Origin: a virus
Taxonomy: Duplodnaviria; Caudoviricetes
Virus record (IMG/VR): IMGVR_UViG_3300037511_000147
Span: 1-46,256 of that record
Direction: 5' to 3' (one strand)
Length of the DNA stretch: 46,256 nucleotides
Shown here: positions 16,880-26,039 of the stretch, piece by piece
How positions within the stretch are numbered: position 1 is the stretch's first letter
Layout of the letters: each line of letters begins with the position of its first letter
Notes under the pieces: model-generated
Databases searched by the model: none
What the model saw: only the letters and a program-made list of their open reading frames with translations
What the model was told of the DNA's origin: nothing
Made by a program: the position numbers and the translations under genes

Positions 16880-18178
16880 TTAGAACCCCTTGGACTTCAG
16901 GTAGTCGGACAGCGAAATGGCTCCACCGGCGCCCGGGGGCGCGGCAGCACCTGGCGCCACTCCACCACCCTCCGGCGGCAGCAGCGTATTCGTCAGTATG
17001 CGCGTGCGCGCCTTGTTCAAGCCGTCGAGTACTTCAGCCCATGCGGCGCGCGCGTCCTGCTCGCTGATGCGGGGGTCGACGGCGCGCGTATACGCGTCCG
17101 TAACCTTTGTACCCTCGGCGTTCGACAACGAGCCGAGACCGCGCATCTTCTGAATAGCGATCCCGAAGGTCTGCGCGTCGATGTTCTTCAGTGCCGCCTG
17201 TGCGTCCGTGATGTCCTGGCTCAGCAGACCGGCGACCGTGCGCACGCCTGGCTGGCCCTGAATGTTGCCGTATACGCCAGAGAAACCCGGCTTCTGCAGC
17301 AGTGCAGTAATGTTGCCGGCCAGTTTGTCGAGGTCCGCGAGGCGATCCGGTGCCGCCATCTGGTTCTCGCCGACGGCTTTGCCGACTTCCTTGGCGCGCG
17401 CGATTTCCGCGGCGTTGGCGCCGACCGCTGTCGCCGAACTGACCGGCCGGGCCGGCAGCGCGGCCGGTGCCGGAGTGCCGGCCGGCACTGGAGCGGGCGG
17501 AACGAGACCGCCGACACCGCTAGGTACAGCTGCCGCCGGAGCGGGGGCAGGACCGGGCTGCGGAGCCGGCGGAATCATTGCAGCAAACGGGTTTGCGTCG
17601 ACTGTCGCCGGCACTCCGCCCAGGTCCACGGTGCGCTGAGTCGAGCGCATCACGTCGAACGCCTGTCGGCGCTGTGCTTCCGGTACATGACCGGCGTCAT
17701 CGAGCATTCCGAAAGCCTTGAGCACCTGAATTGGGCCGGCTTCGCCGCTCGCCCCGCCCGGTGTCGGATTCGGGGTCAGTCCGGCCGCGAACTTGTCGCC
17801 CACGCTGCCGCCGACCGCGTAGTAACGCTCGACGGGCCCCGAGGCAACGCCGCGCAGCGCGATATTCGCTGCCTCCGGCGTCGCGTTCGGGTCGGCCGCG
17901 CGACTGCGAAAGCCGACCTCCTGAATGTTCTTGCTCGCGCTGGCGATCTGCTCCGGGTTGACGCCGGCCTGAATCGCCGTCACGTAGGCCGCCGGAATGC
18001 CGAGCTGATCGGCGAGTCCGGTCAGATTCTCCATCGCCGTATTCTGGCGCACGCGCTCACGGGCTTGCTGCAGGGCGCTTTGCGTAGCTGCGCCGAGAGA
18101 TAGCCCTTTCTGGTACGCGAGCTCGTTGCCGGCCCCGTTGCCGACCAGTGCCGCACCGATATCACTAAAATCAGCCAT
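16880..18178 (-). CDS. Putative internal virion (ejection) protein
   Basis: Start at MADFSDIG; MRGLGSLSNAEG resembles the GALSxxE motif of podophage injection proteins. Confidence 0.75.
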   Translation of the reverse strand: MADFSDIGAALVGNGAGNELAYQKGLSLGAATQSALQQARERVRQNTAMENLTGLADQLGIPAAYVTAIQAGVNPEQIASASKNIQEVGFRSRAADPNATPEAANIALRGVASGPVERYYAVGGSVGDKFAAGLTPNPTPGGASGEAGPIQVLKAFGMLDDAGHVPEAQRRQAFDVMRSTQRTVDLGGVPATVDANPFAAMIPPAPQPGPAPAPAAAVPSGVGGLVPPAPVPAGTPAPAALPARPVSSATAVGANAAEIARAKEVGKAVGENQMAAPDRLADLDKLAGNITALLQKPGFSGVYGNIQGQPGVRTVAGLLSQDITDAQAALKNIDAQTFGIAIQKMRGLGSLSNAEGTKVTDAYTRAVDPRISEQDARAAWAEVLDGLNKARTRILTNTLLPPEGGGVAPGAAAPPGAGGAISLSDYLKSKGF

Positions 18179-18863
18179 TGACGCCACCCATCGGAGTCGC
18201 AGGGGTGCGCACACCTCGCGCGCGACCGTATTTCTTTGCGCTGTCTGTCGGAACGCCGAACGCGTCTACCGCGTTCGGATCTTCGAGACCGACATTCCCG
18301 GCCATCGCCGCACCGGCGCCGCTCGCGAGCTGTCCGGCGGCGGTCAGCCACTGGTTCGGCTTCGTCATCGCCAAGCGGAGGCGCGTCAGGAAGTCCTGGC
18401 TCGCGGATCGACTGCGCAACGCATTCAGGTCGACGGTCGCGTTATTCAGTGCCACGCCCTCCTTCTGCCGTTGGTACTGCGGCGCCTCGATCGCAGCAGT
18501 AAGGTCGGCGTTCTGCACGGCCTCTGCTTCAGTCTGTGCGCGCGCTGTGTCCGCGTCCTGTGCAAAGCGCGAGCTGACGGCACCGGAAGCCGGCACAGCG
18601 CCCTCGCGCGCCGGCAGCGACTTGCGGAGCGCATCCAGATACGTCGCACGCTTAGCGGCCTGCTCCGCCGCCGGGTTGGAGGCTGCGATCTGCTGCGTAG
18701 TCTGCGCGACACGCTGATCCGCCTCGCGATTGACCGCAGCCTGGCGCAAGACGCCTTCAGCCGCGATGCGCCGCTGATCGTCCACCAAATCATTCTGCGC
18801 TTTGCGCTGACCGGCTGCGCCGACCGCGGAGAGTGCGTAAGGGAGAACCTGCCAGCACATCAC
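18171..18863 (-). CDS. Putative internal virion protein
   Basis: MC...ALSAVGAAGQ N-terminus, Ala/Gln-rich, as in T7 gp14 / P22 gp7-like proteins. Confidence 0.7.
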   Translation of the reverse strand: MMCWQVLPYALSAVGAAGQRKAQNDLVDDQRRIAAEGVLRQAAVNREADQRVAQTTQQIAASNPAAEQAAKRATYLDALRKSLPAREGAVPASGAVSSRFAQDADTARAQTEAEAVQNADLTAAIEAPQYQRQKEGVALNNATVDLNALRSRSASQDFLTRLRLAMTKPNQWLTAAGQLASGAGAAMAGNVGLEDPNAVDAFGVPTDSAKKYGRARGVRTPATPMGGVNG

Positions 18864-19591
18864 CGAACTCCTGGGCGACCAATGCCGCTACCGTAAACCT
18901 GTTCATACGAGCTCGTGAGCCCGCGGCGCAGATTGCGCGCTTCCTGCAGCGTTTTGTATGTCGCGGCCGTCGACCCGAAGATGTCGCCCAAGGACGCCGC
19001 AGCGCCATTCGCCCCCTGCAGATTCGCCTGAAGCATGCTCGACGTCTGCCCTGCAGCGTTGCCGATATCGCCGCCAGCTTGCGCGAGCGCGATCAGCTGC
19101 GTTCGTGCGTTCTCGTCTTGCGAGCGCAGACCGGCTTCCGCCTGATTGACCTTCGACTGCACCGCCGTCGTACCTTCCGCCATCTCGCGGCCCAGGTCGC
19201 GACCCTTGTCGGCCGCAACACTGCCGCCGGTGAGCCCTGAGCCTGCGAGCTCGAATTTCAGGTTGCGATTAGCGTCCGCGTACTGGCGACTCAGATCGCC
19301 GGTATACTTGGTCTGCAACGCCTTGGCGAAATCGGCATACTGCCGCTCGCGGCCGGCATATGCTGAATTGATGTCCGAAACATTCTTGGTGATTCGCGCT
19401 TGTCGCTGCGCTTCCAGTTCCGCCGCGCTCGTATCCTGAGCCGGCTTCTTCGGGTTGATGCCCAGGACGTTTCCTTCGTCCACAGTGTTGCGGAAGGTCA
19501 TCGGACCGGTGTCGGTCGCCTTCTTGCCGCTCGCTACGCGCATGATCGTGCGGGACGGACTCATCAAACCCGTGATTTTGGAGAAGCACAT
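18860..19591 (-). CDS. Putative internal virion protein
   Basis: MCF start; LKFELAGSGLTGGS motif; helical; overlapping gene chain. Confidence 0.7.
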   Translation of the reverse strand: MCFSKITGLMSPSRTIMRVASGKKATDTGPMTFRNTVDEGNVLGINPKKPAQDTSAAELEAQRQARITKNVSDINSAYAGRERQYADFAKALQTKYTGDLSRQYADANRNLKFELAGSGLTGGSVAADKGRDLGREMAEGTTAVQSKVNQAEAGLRSQDENARTQLIALAQAGGDIGNAAGQTSSMLQANLQGANGAAASLGDIFGSTAATYKTLQEARNLRRGLTSSYEQVYGSGIGRPGVR

Positions 19592-19594
19592 CGT

Positions 19595-20080
19595 TCAATC
19601 GCCCCTTACGGCGACGTATGTCACCAAGTCGGTTCCGCCAGCGCTCGCCTTGCGCGCGGTCGATTCGTATGATAACCCGATGCGCTCGTACCATTCACGT
19701 GCGCGAGTTCTCGTTGCGAGCGTCACAGTTTCGAGTCTGGTCGCTTTCTCCTCGCCGAGCATGTAACGGACGCATCCAGCCGCTGCGGCGGTGATCTGGT
19801 TACCGCGCTTCCATGCGTCTGGAGTAGACATGAACCACGACGCCCACGTGCCAGGTCTTTCAAGTACGTAGCCGCCGACAGCTGCCGGAAAGTTCCCCAC
19901 TGTCTCCCAGAAGGTCCATATGCGCCGCGGGCGCGGATCCAGCCACAACCGAGCCGCGACGTCATCCGGTGCAAACGTCTCGCCGACTTGCTCCAGATAC
20001 GCGGTGCGGTCGTCAAGTGTGATGTTTGCGGCGACCTGCTCGAAGACTCGAAGACTGTGCCCGAACGTCGCACGGATCAC
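19595..20080 (-). CDS. GNAT-fold virion-associated protein (T7 gp13-like position)
   Basis: GTGA overlap with the upstream stop; AAVGG, SWFMST, AREWYERIGLSYE (GNAT motif); located between nozzle and ejection genes. Confidence 0.75.
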   Translation of the reverse strand: MIRATFGHSLRVFEQVAANITLDDRTAYLEQVGETFAPDDVAARLWLDPRPRRIWTFWETVGNFPAAVGGYVLERPGTWASWFMSTPDAWKRGNQITAAAAGCVRYMLGEEKATRLETVTLATRTRAREWYERIGLSYESTARKASAGGTDLVTYVAVRGD

Positions 20081-20394
20081 GTACCGGCCTCCCCGAGCTT
20101 GTAGAGGTTCGTGGCGAACCACTCCCAGGGTTCATCCATGAACGTGATGCGCACCTGAAAACTCGGCGCGGTAAGCGGGAACGGGATCATCCCGACCCCC
20201 GGAAGCGTGTCTCCGTCGATCGGATACGGCGCTGTTGCCTGAGAGCTATCCTTCTGATTGTACCCGATTGAGATTTCTGCGGTGCCGTTGATGATCAGAT
20301 CCAGCCCGGCAAGCTCTTTCTCGATGCCTATTTCGCCAAGATCGAGATAGTTCCAAGCCATGTATCCATCGAATGGTATTCCGTGACATGCCAT
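20077..20394 (-). CDS. Probable C-terminal segment of tail nozzle / tubular protein, encoded separately
   Basis: FDGYMAWNYLDLGEIGIEK...FQVRITF...WEW resembles the C-terminal beta domain of podophage nozzle proteins. Confidence 0.55.
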   Translation of the reverse strand: MACHGIPFDGYMAWNYLDLGEIGIEKELAGLDLIINGTAEISIGYNQKDSSQATAPYPIDGDTLPGVGMIPFPLTAPSFQVRITFMDEPWEWFATNLYKLGEAGT

Positions 20395-20398
20395 AGCG

Positions 20399-23392
20399 TT
20401 AGCTCAGGTAATTTGTGACTACGACAACGCCGGCAGCGCCGCTTCCGCCGTTTCCGCCGCTGTGCGACGTCGACCCTCCGGCCGCGCCGGAGCAGCCACC
20501 ACCACCGCCGCCCGCTCCGTAGGATCCGCCATCGCCGCCATTCCCGCCGTCCGCTCCTCCGACAGTGGATGCCACCGCGCCGCCGCCCCCGCCGCCGCCC
20601 CCGCCGCCATCCTGAGCTGCCGAGGACTCGCCACTCTGTCCGGCCGTAGCGTACGCCCCGCCGGCCCCGCCATCTGGCGTTGGTGACTCAGCGGTAGAGC
20701 CGTTGCCGCCGGCCGCAGAATTGAAATTGAACGGTGCGCCGCCGCCCCCGCCGCCCCCTGCTGGCGCCCCGTTCGAGTCGGACGACTCACCGGCGCCGGC
20801 CGGAGTGTTGAAAATCCCGAACGTGCCGCCGGCTTTGCCGGGGTACCCGGTACCGCCACTGCCGCCGGTACCGCCCGGATTGCCAGGGGTGTTTCCAGGG
20901 ACATTATTGATACTGCCGCCAGCGCCGCCTTTCGCGGTGCAGAAGCCGGCGAAAATCGAGTCCCCGCCGGTGGTGCCCGGCAAGCGCGGGCCGCCTTGGG
21001 GCGCACCGGCGCCGCCGCCACCGCCCGCACCCACCGTCACCGCGACCGTTGACGGCAGATCGGCGGCTGCGATACCGGTTCGTACACGCTTCTCGCCGCC
21101 ACCGCCTCCCGCGCCGCCGTAGCCGTCCGGGATGACGGTACTGCCGCCCCCGCCGCCGCCGCCGCCCGCGATGACTTTGAGGTCGACCGTTATGAGGTTG
21201 GATCGCTTCGTCCACGTGCCGCTGGCCGTGAAGATGTCTATAACGACGCCCGGATGCCCAGTGTCAAGGACGATCGTGTTAGATGGCGAGGATTCTGTCT
21301 GCGCGGTGTACGACGTCACGTAGTACGAATAAATCGTATCCATTGACAAGCCGGAGAAGAGATGATCAAGCGTATCCGGATCGCCGGTGTCGAACAGCTC
21401 AGAATCATCCGCAGCGTTGTAGATTTTATACCCGGTGATCGGGCCGCCGGTCGTTGTCGCCGTCGTCCAGCTGAGCAAGATACTCTCGAAATCTGACTGC
21501 ACTTCGCCGTCGAGCACTGGCGGCGCCGGTCCGCCGATGGGGCCGTCCACCACATTGGAATGTGGAGAGAGCCCGCCGCTCGCCGAGACTGCCACCACGT
21601 AATAGGTGTAATCCGTATTCTCGTCCAGCCCGGCGTCCGGGTATGTCAAGCCGTACACCGTAGCGATCAGCTCGTCGGTGTCCGCATCGTACAAGAGGTA
21701 ATGATCCGCGCCATCGACCGCCGTCCAGCTCAGGTTGTTCGTCGTGCCGCTGCGCACATTGGAGAGCACCGGAGCGGTGTCGACGTCACAATAGACGTCA
21801 TCCGCCGGAGCTCCAGCGAGCAGCGCATCTTCGCTCATCTCCCAGACGAGATCCCCGGCCCGCAAAAGGAGCGCTGTGCCGTCGATGGTCCAGTCGGTGA
21901 TCTCCGCCGGGAACACGTAACGGCTCCAGCTCATGTCCTTGGCGGCAGGTCCGTTGATGGTCAACACCATCGCAGTATCGCCGAACAGGCACCAATACTG
22001 CCCGGCGGCGGGCCACATGACGCCGATAGGGTCGTAGCCGGCCAGACGAGCGGCGGCAAGCAGTGGCTTCACAAGCGGATCAACGCCGATCCCAAAGAAG
22101 CCGGCCTGCAGGTTCGTGCTCGCGCCCGCAATGCCGACGCTGCGGATACCCTGATTGGTCAGTCCGACAAGATCGTTTGCGGCAGGCTGCAGTGACTGGT
22201 GATACTCGAACGGCACCGGCTGCGAGTCCAAGATCGCCATGTTGGCGGGGTTCGGGTCAACCTGCCACATCTGATAACCGGAGCTGCTCGACGCGATGAG
22301 ATTACTGCGATACAGCCCGAGCGCCGCGACCGGATTCGCGCCGTAGGTGTTCAAACCGAACGGGATATAACCCGCATCGTTAGGGGAGCTCCAGTCGAGC
22401 GGGTTGGACGTCGAACTGTACGCCACGATGTCGGTGTCGCCGGCGAAAATCTTGTTCGCCGCGATAGCGACGATCTTCGAGTGCGGGCAGCGTTCGTCGT
22501 CAATCCGTCGACTGACGGCATGCCATACGATCGTGTTATCCACGACGCTACCGCCGACCTGCTCGGGGAAGTCTGGTTCTGTGCTGCCGGATACGAGGAT
22601 CGGCGTCGCTTGCCAAACTACCCGTGAAGTCGCAACCGCCTCCCAGATCACCTCATTGTCGTACACCGTCTCGCCCAGCACCACAGGCCAGGCGGGCTCT
22701 ACCGCACCGGAGAAACCGGCCGCGGGCTGCACTGCACGAAAGACGAGCGCATCACTCGCCGCAGGGCTGATGTAGTCCCATGAGAAGGCGTCGGCATAAG
22801 AGCCGTTCTCACTGTCCTCGCGGGTCGTAAAGAATGCGCCGATCGACGCGCGCGTCGCGCCCGCAGGAGCGACACCAGTCACTGACGACAAAACCCACTC
22901 GCCGGTTGTGCCGAAGCCGCTGGAGCCGGATCCGTACGGGCTCGGATCTTCGTCCACCCGGATCAGATCGTCCGACTCATTGAACCAGTACAGGCGACAA
23001 GCGCCCCAGGTCCAATGCTTGCGGTTGCAAGGCACCGAACGGACGTAGCACTGCGCCGTGATCGACTGGCCGGGCGCGACCGGCGCGCGCAGCGTGTTGA
23101 TCAGCTCGGCTCGCCACCCGCCGCCCGGTCCGGGACCGCCGCCACCACCGGGCGGTGCCTCCCAGCGAAAGCCATGGGTGCCGGTGAAAAAATTGTTGCT
23201 GCCGCAAGCCTGCCCAGTCACGACGGCGCCGCTGCCGTCTGTGTCGAGCTTGTTCAGCTCCCAGTCGGTGAGATCGCCGGTCTCAAATCCGGGGTTATCC
23301 GGCTGCGTAGATGCGCCGCCCGTGGACGAGCGCGGCCGTACCAAATCGCCCGGCTGATATAGAGTTCCTGGGGCCCACACCGGTGTCGTCAT
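20399..23392 (-). CDS. Tail nozzle-like protein with carbohydrate-binding, FN3 and glycine-rich domains
   Basis: NPGFETGDLTDW (CBM-like); EPxWP repeats; propeller-like core (YSSTSNPLDWS ... SWSRY); two FN3 repeats (LSWTAV...YTYYVVAV; LSWTTA...YSYYVTS); Gly-rich C-terminus (FTASGTW...GAGGGGGG). Confidence 0.75.
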   Translation of the reverse strand: MTTPVWAPGTLYQPGDLVRPRSSTGGASTQPDNPGFETGDLTDWELNKLDTDGSGAVVTGQACGSNNFFTGTHGFRWEAPPGGGGGPGPGGGWRAELINTLRAPVAPGQSITAQCYVRSVPCNRKHWTWGACRLYWFNESDDLIRVDEDPSPYGSGSSGFGTTGEWVLSSVTGVAPAGATRASIGAFFTTREDSENGSYADAFSWDYISPAASDALVFRAVQPAAGFSGAVEPAWPVVLGETVYDNEVIWEAVATSRVVWQATPILVSGSTEPDFPEQVGGSVVDNTIVWHAVSRRIDDERCPHSKIVAIAANKIFAGDTDIVAYSSTSNPLDWSSPNDAGYIPFGLNTYGANPVAALGLYRSNLIASSSSGYQMWQVDPNPANMAILDSQPVPFEYHQSLQPAANDLVGLTNQGIRSVGIAGASTNLQAGFFGIGVDPLVKPLLAAARLAGYDPIGVMWPAAGQYWCLFGDTAMVLTINGPAAKDMSWSRYVFPAEITDWTIDGTALLLRAGDLVWEMSEDALLAGAPADDVYCDVDTAPVLSNVRSGTTNNLSWTAVDGADHYLLYDADTDELIATVYGLTYPDAGLDENTDYTYYVVAVSASGGLSPHSNVVDGPIGGPAPPVLDGEVQSDFESILLSWTTATTTGGPITGYKIYNAADDSELFDTGDPDTLDHLFSGLSMDTIYSYYVTSYTAQTESSPSNTIVLDTGHPGVVIDIFTASGTWTKRSNLITVDLKVIAGGGGGGGGSTVIPDGYGGAGGGGGEKRVRTGIAAADLPSTVAVTVGAGGGGGAGAPQGGPRLPGTTGGDSIFAGFCTAKGGAGGSINNVPGNTPGNPGGTGGSGGTGYPGKAGGTFGIFNTPAGAGESSDSNGAPAGGGGGGGAPFNFNSAAGGNGSTAESPTPDGGAGGAYATAGQSGESSAAQDGGGGGGGGGGAVASTVGGADGGNGGDGGSYGAGGGGGGCSGAAGGSTSHSGGNGGSGAAGVVVVTNYLS

Positions 23393-24180
23393 GGCAGGAA
23401 CCCATTATCGGGACCCGGAGCCCCGTAGCGGTCGGTAACGTCCGACCCCGGTTGATTCGATGGCGGAACAGTGACCGTTTGCGGCGCCGCAGAGCCGGCG
23501 TCTGTGTCTTCGGTGATCTGTGCACCCGGCTCGGTCGGCCAAGTCGGCTCCACTGAACCGGAAGCGGGATTAGCCCCGGCGGTGTCCACGACCGTGTAGT
23601 AGTAGTCGTTATATACCGTCGGTTCGATGACATCGCCGAGCGTGCGAGCGACGTTCGGCGCCCAGCTGATATTGGGCGGCGAGAGTCGCACAGCTTTGTA
23701 CGCTAGACCGTTCGGGACGGTCGGCTCCACGACGTCGCCGGCGTGATAGATTTTGTCGGCCTGCCACGCGCCGCTGGTTTGTAGCCAGTAGTGATACACC
23801 GACTCCGCGCCGCTGTCGCCGACCTCAAACTCGGCCACCACATAGAGGAAGCCCAGGAAGGGCGCCGCAAAGTGAATCTTCTTCAGTGGGAAGCCTCCGG
23901 CGGTGCCGGCGTCGAACATCGGATGCGTGAGAACGTGCAGCGTGTAACCGGTCGGAACCGGTACCACTTCGGTTGCGAATACGTGGCGTGAGCCGTCGAA
24001 GGCGCACAAGCCGCGACTGCTGCTTGGTAGCACTGCGCGCCGGAACGTGCCCGGGCGCACCTTGACGGTGTTCTCGCTGGTGACATAACCGTTGATCGAG
24101 TCGTAGAGCGCATCCGGCCGAGCCGCGCCTTTCGTGCGCAGCCGATTGATGCCGCCTTTGACGACCGTCAAAGCGGTCAT
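23389..24180 (-). CDS. Tail protein (nozzle N-terminal-like segment with CBM5/12-like repeats)
   Basis: GGINRLR...NGYVT...VKVRPG resembles tubular protein B N-termini; repeats WQADKIYHAGDVVEP and WAPNVARTLGDVIEP. Confidence 0.65.
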   Translation of the reverse strand: MTALTVVKGGINRLRTKGAARPDALYDSINGYVTSENTVKVRPGTFRRAVLPSSSRGLCAFDGSRHVFATEVVPVPTGYTLHVLTHPMFDAGTAGGFPLKKIHFAAPFLGFLYVVAEFEVGDSGAESVYHYWLQTSGAWQADKIYHAGDVVEPTVPNGLAYKAVRLSPPNISWAPNVARTLGDVIEPTVYNDYYYTVVDTAGANPASGSVEPTWPTEPGAQITEDTDAGSAAPQTVTVPPSNQPGSDVTDRYGAPGPDNGFLP

Positions 24181-24929
24181 GCTGGCTCATTCCCCAGTGG
24201 TAGGAAGCGCGGCGGTGTCATCGGCGGTAGCGGTCGGCCCGGTGCCGGTACGAAGCGCGCCGTGTTGTGCTGACCGCTCGTAATATCCCTGATGCGCTGC
24301 AGCGCCATGCTCTTACCGACGTCGCCAGCAAACTGGCCGCGACCAGAGAGCCCGAGCGCGTACCAGAGCACCGCCGAGTCATCGATCGTAGTGTGATCGC
24401 TATCCTCTACGAGCGGCGCCTTGCCGAAGTTACCTTTCACCCAGAGCGTGTATGCAGCCTGCGGCGCCGGGAAAATCTCGATACACGAGCGAATTTCATA
24501 GTGTGAGGGCCACCCCGGTGTAGTCTGCGCGCGAGTGTAGAACTCGGGCGGGATGCCTTCGGTGAGTGGAACCCACGTCTTGTTGAGATCCTCGAAGCCG
24601 ACCCAGGTGATCTTCTTCGGGTCGAGCGTCAAGCCGGCGCACGCGTCATCGCCGTCCGATATGCCGTAGTAGCGCAGTCCCGGCACCATGTCCCAGGCGA
24701 AAAAGCGCTCGCCGCGGACCTCTTTGTACCGCAGCCAGAGCAAATCCTGCGCCTGATTGAGAAGAAACCGGATCAGCTCCGGCATGCCGGGCGGAGGGTT
24801 CGCCGACTGAGCGGCGTACCCCATACCGACCATCATCTCAGTGCGCAGTTGAGCGAGCGTACGATACGGCGAAACCTCTTCGCAGTCGCAATTGAACTCT
24901 ACGGCTTTGTCGTGTGTCGAGGTCGTCAC
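24177..24929 (-). CDS. Head-tail adaptor (tail tubular protein A-like)
   Basis: TLAQLR...LNQAQ...GWPSHY...IEIFPAP..AYTL pattern; position after the capsid genes. Confidence 0.75.
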   Translation of the reverse strand: MTTSTHDKAVEFNCDCEEVSPYRTLAQLRTEMMVGMGYAAQSANPPPGMPELIRFLLNQAQDLLWLRYKEVRGERFFAWDMVPGLRYYGISDGDDACAGLTLDPKKITWVGFEDLNKTWVPLTEGIPPEFYTRAQTTPGWPSHYEIRSCIEIFPAPQAAYTLWVKGNFGKAPLVEDSDHTTIDDSAVLWYALGLSGRGQFAGDVGKSMALQRIRDITSGQHNTARFVPAPGRPLPPMTPPRFLPLGNEPA

Positions 24930-24939
24930 GCTACACCCC

Positions 24940-24969
24940 AAAAAGCGGCCCAGGTGTTACGCCGGGCCG
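24940..24969 (-). terminator. Rho-independent terminator after the capsid accessory genes
   Basis: Minus strand reads CGGCCCGGCGTAACACCTGGGCCGC followed by TTTTT. Confidence 0.65.
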
Positions 24970-24991
24970 AAGTTCACCCACCCCCAGAAAA

Positions 24992-25309
24992 TCAGGCGGT
25001 GACCGCGGCGTCAATCGCGCGCTGAAGATTCATGACTCCCGTCGCGTGTTTGCCGTAAACCGCCTCCACCATCGGGTCACCGCGACCGCCGTCGTCATGA
25101 ATCTCGACGCCGTAGCGGTCACCGAGACGCTTGTACTCTGAGGACGCGTCAGGAACGTCATCGACTTCAACCGCGGCCGTGGATACCTTCGTGACTCCAG
25201 CAAGGCCGTGAAGCGCTTCGAGCAGCGACACCTCCCACGCGGCTACTTCGAGCCGAATGACGCTGAGTTCGGAGCGGCGGATATCGACAGTATGATACTG
25301 GACTTTCAT
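24992..25309 (-). CDS. Hypothetical virion-associated protein
   Basis: AGGA RBS; VAAWEVSLLEALHG...EYKRL..RYG; inside the head operon. Confidence 0.7.
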   Translation of the reverse strand: MKVQYHTVDIRRSELSVIRLEVAAWEVSLLEALHGLAGVTKVSTAAVEVDDVPDASSEYKRLGDRYGVEIHDDGGRGDPMVEAVYGKHATGVMNLQRAIDAAVTA

Positions 25310-25386
25310 TTTCGTTTCCTTGGGTGGTGAAAAGGCGCCGGGCGGTTGCCGCAATACGGGCCGCCCGGCTATCTAGCTAGAATCAT

Positions 25387-25974
25387 TTACGCGTTCGCGA
25401 GATCGGGCACTCCGGTCACTTCGGCGTCGAGGAACTCGATCGTAATCGCGTCAGCTGCGCCGGTCGTGGCAACGAGACCTACATACAGGTCGTTGTTGTC
25501 GTTGTCGAAGTTCGCGCTGATCGTGTTCACCACGACGCACGGGATCTGCGCATGGCCGGTCGCCGCGAGGTTGTGCACGAGCGTGAACTCGCCCACCATC
25601 TTGCCTGCCGTATTGCTGACCGCGCGCACGACGGCCTCGATGGTCACGATGCCTTCGTCCGCCACCGCAGTGCCTGCCGGCTTGGTGAAGCTGACACGCG
25701 CCGTGTCGGTCGTATCACCCGCCGTGCCGACCGCGATGGCGAATGTGCTGGTAGCCGTGCCGGCTGCCGTCTTCGCCATGTTGAAGCGCCATCGAAACTT
25801 CATGCCAGCCTTCAGGCCGCCGAGAATCTTCAGCGCCGAGCCGGTCAGGTATGTGAGAGTCGCCGCCGTCAGCGCTTGCTGATTGACGGAGCCGTTGCGA
25901 ATGGTAGAGCCGGCCAAGCCAAGGCTTGAAGCGTTGTTCTTGGTCAGCTGCACACCTGGGAGAATCTCGGTCAT
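25387..25974 (-). CDS. Putative capsid decoration / minor head protein
   Basis: Thr/Ala-rich beta-strand protein immediately downstream of the major capsid gene; AGGA RBS. Confidence 0.6.
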   Translation of the reverse strand: MTEILPGVQLTKNNASSLGLAGSTIRNGSVNQQALTAATLTYLTGSALKILGGLKAGMKFRWRFNMAKTAAGTATSTFAIAVGTAGDTTDTARVSFTKPAGTAVADEGIVTIEAVVRAVSNTAGKMVGEFTLVHNLAATGHAQIPCVVVNTISANFDNDNNDLYVGLVATTGAADAITIEFLDAEVTGVPDLANA

Positions 25975-26007
25975 GTTCGTAGTCCTTCAGTGATGAGATT
26001 GTCGGGC

Positions 26008-26030
26008 GGGAGCGGCGCGAGCCGCTCCTT
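26008..26030 (-). terminator. Hairpin directly after the major capsid gene
   Basis: GGAGCGGC-GCGA-GCCGCTCC stem-loop (UUCG/GNRA-type loop depending on strand); the U-tract is weak. Confidence 0.5.
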
Positions 26031-26039
26031 CCCTGTCGG

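Noticed and set aside
15061-17067. Long + strand ORF (668 aa) and similar antisense ORFs such as 26064..27143, 30442..31566 and 34407..35537
   Set aside because: They are shadows of well-supported - strand genes in GC-rich DNA, with Arg/Ala-rich translations and no recognisable motifs.
20399-21180. Collagen-like or microsatellite repeat (GCC/CCG runs)
   Set aside because: The runs encode irregular poly-Gly of a glycine-rich tail domain, not Gly-X-Y triplets or a tandem DNA repeat.
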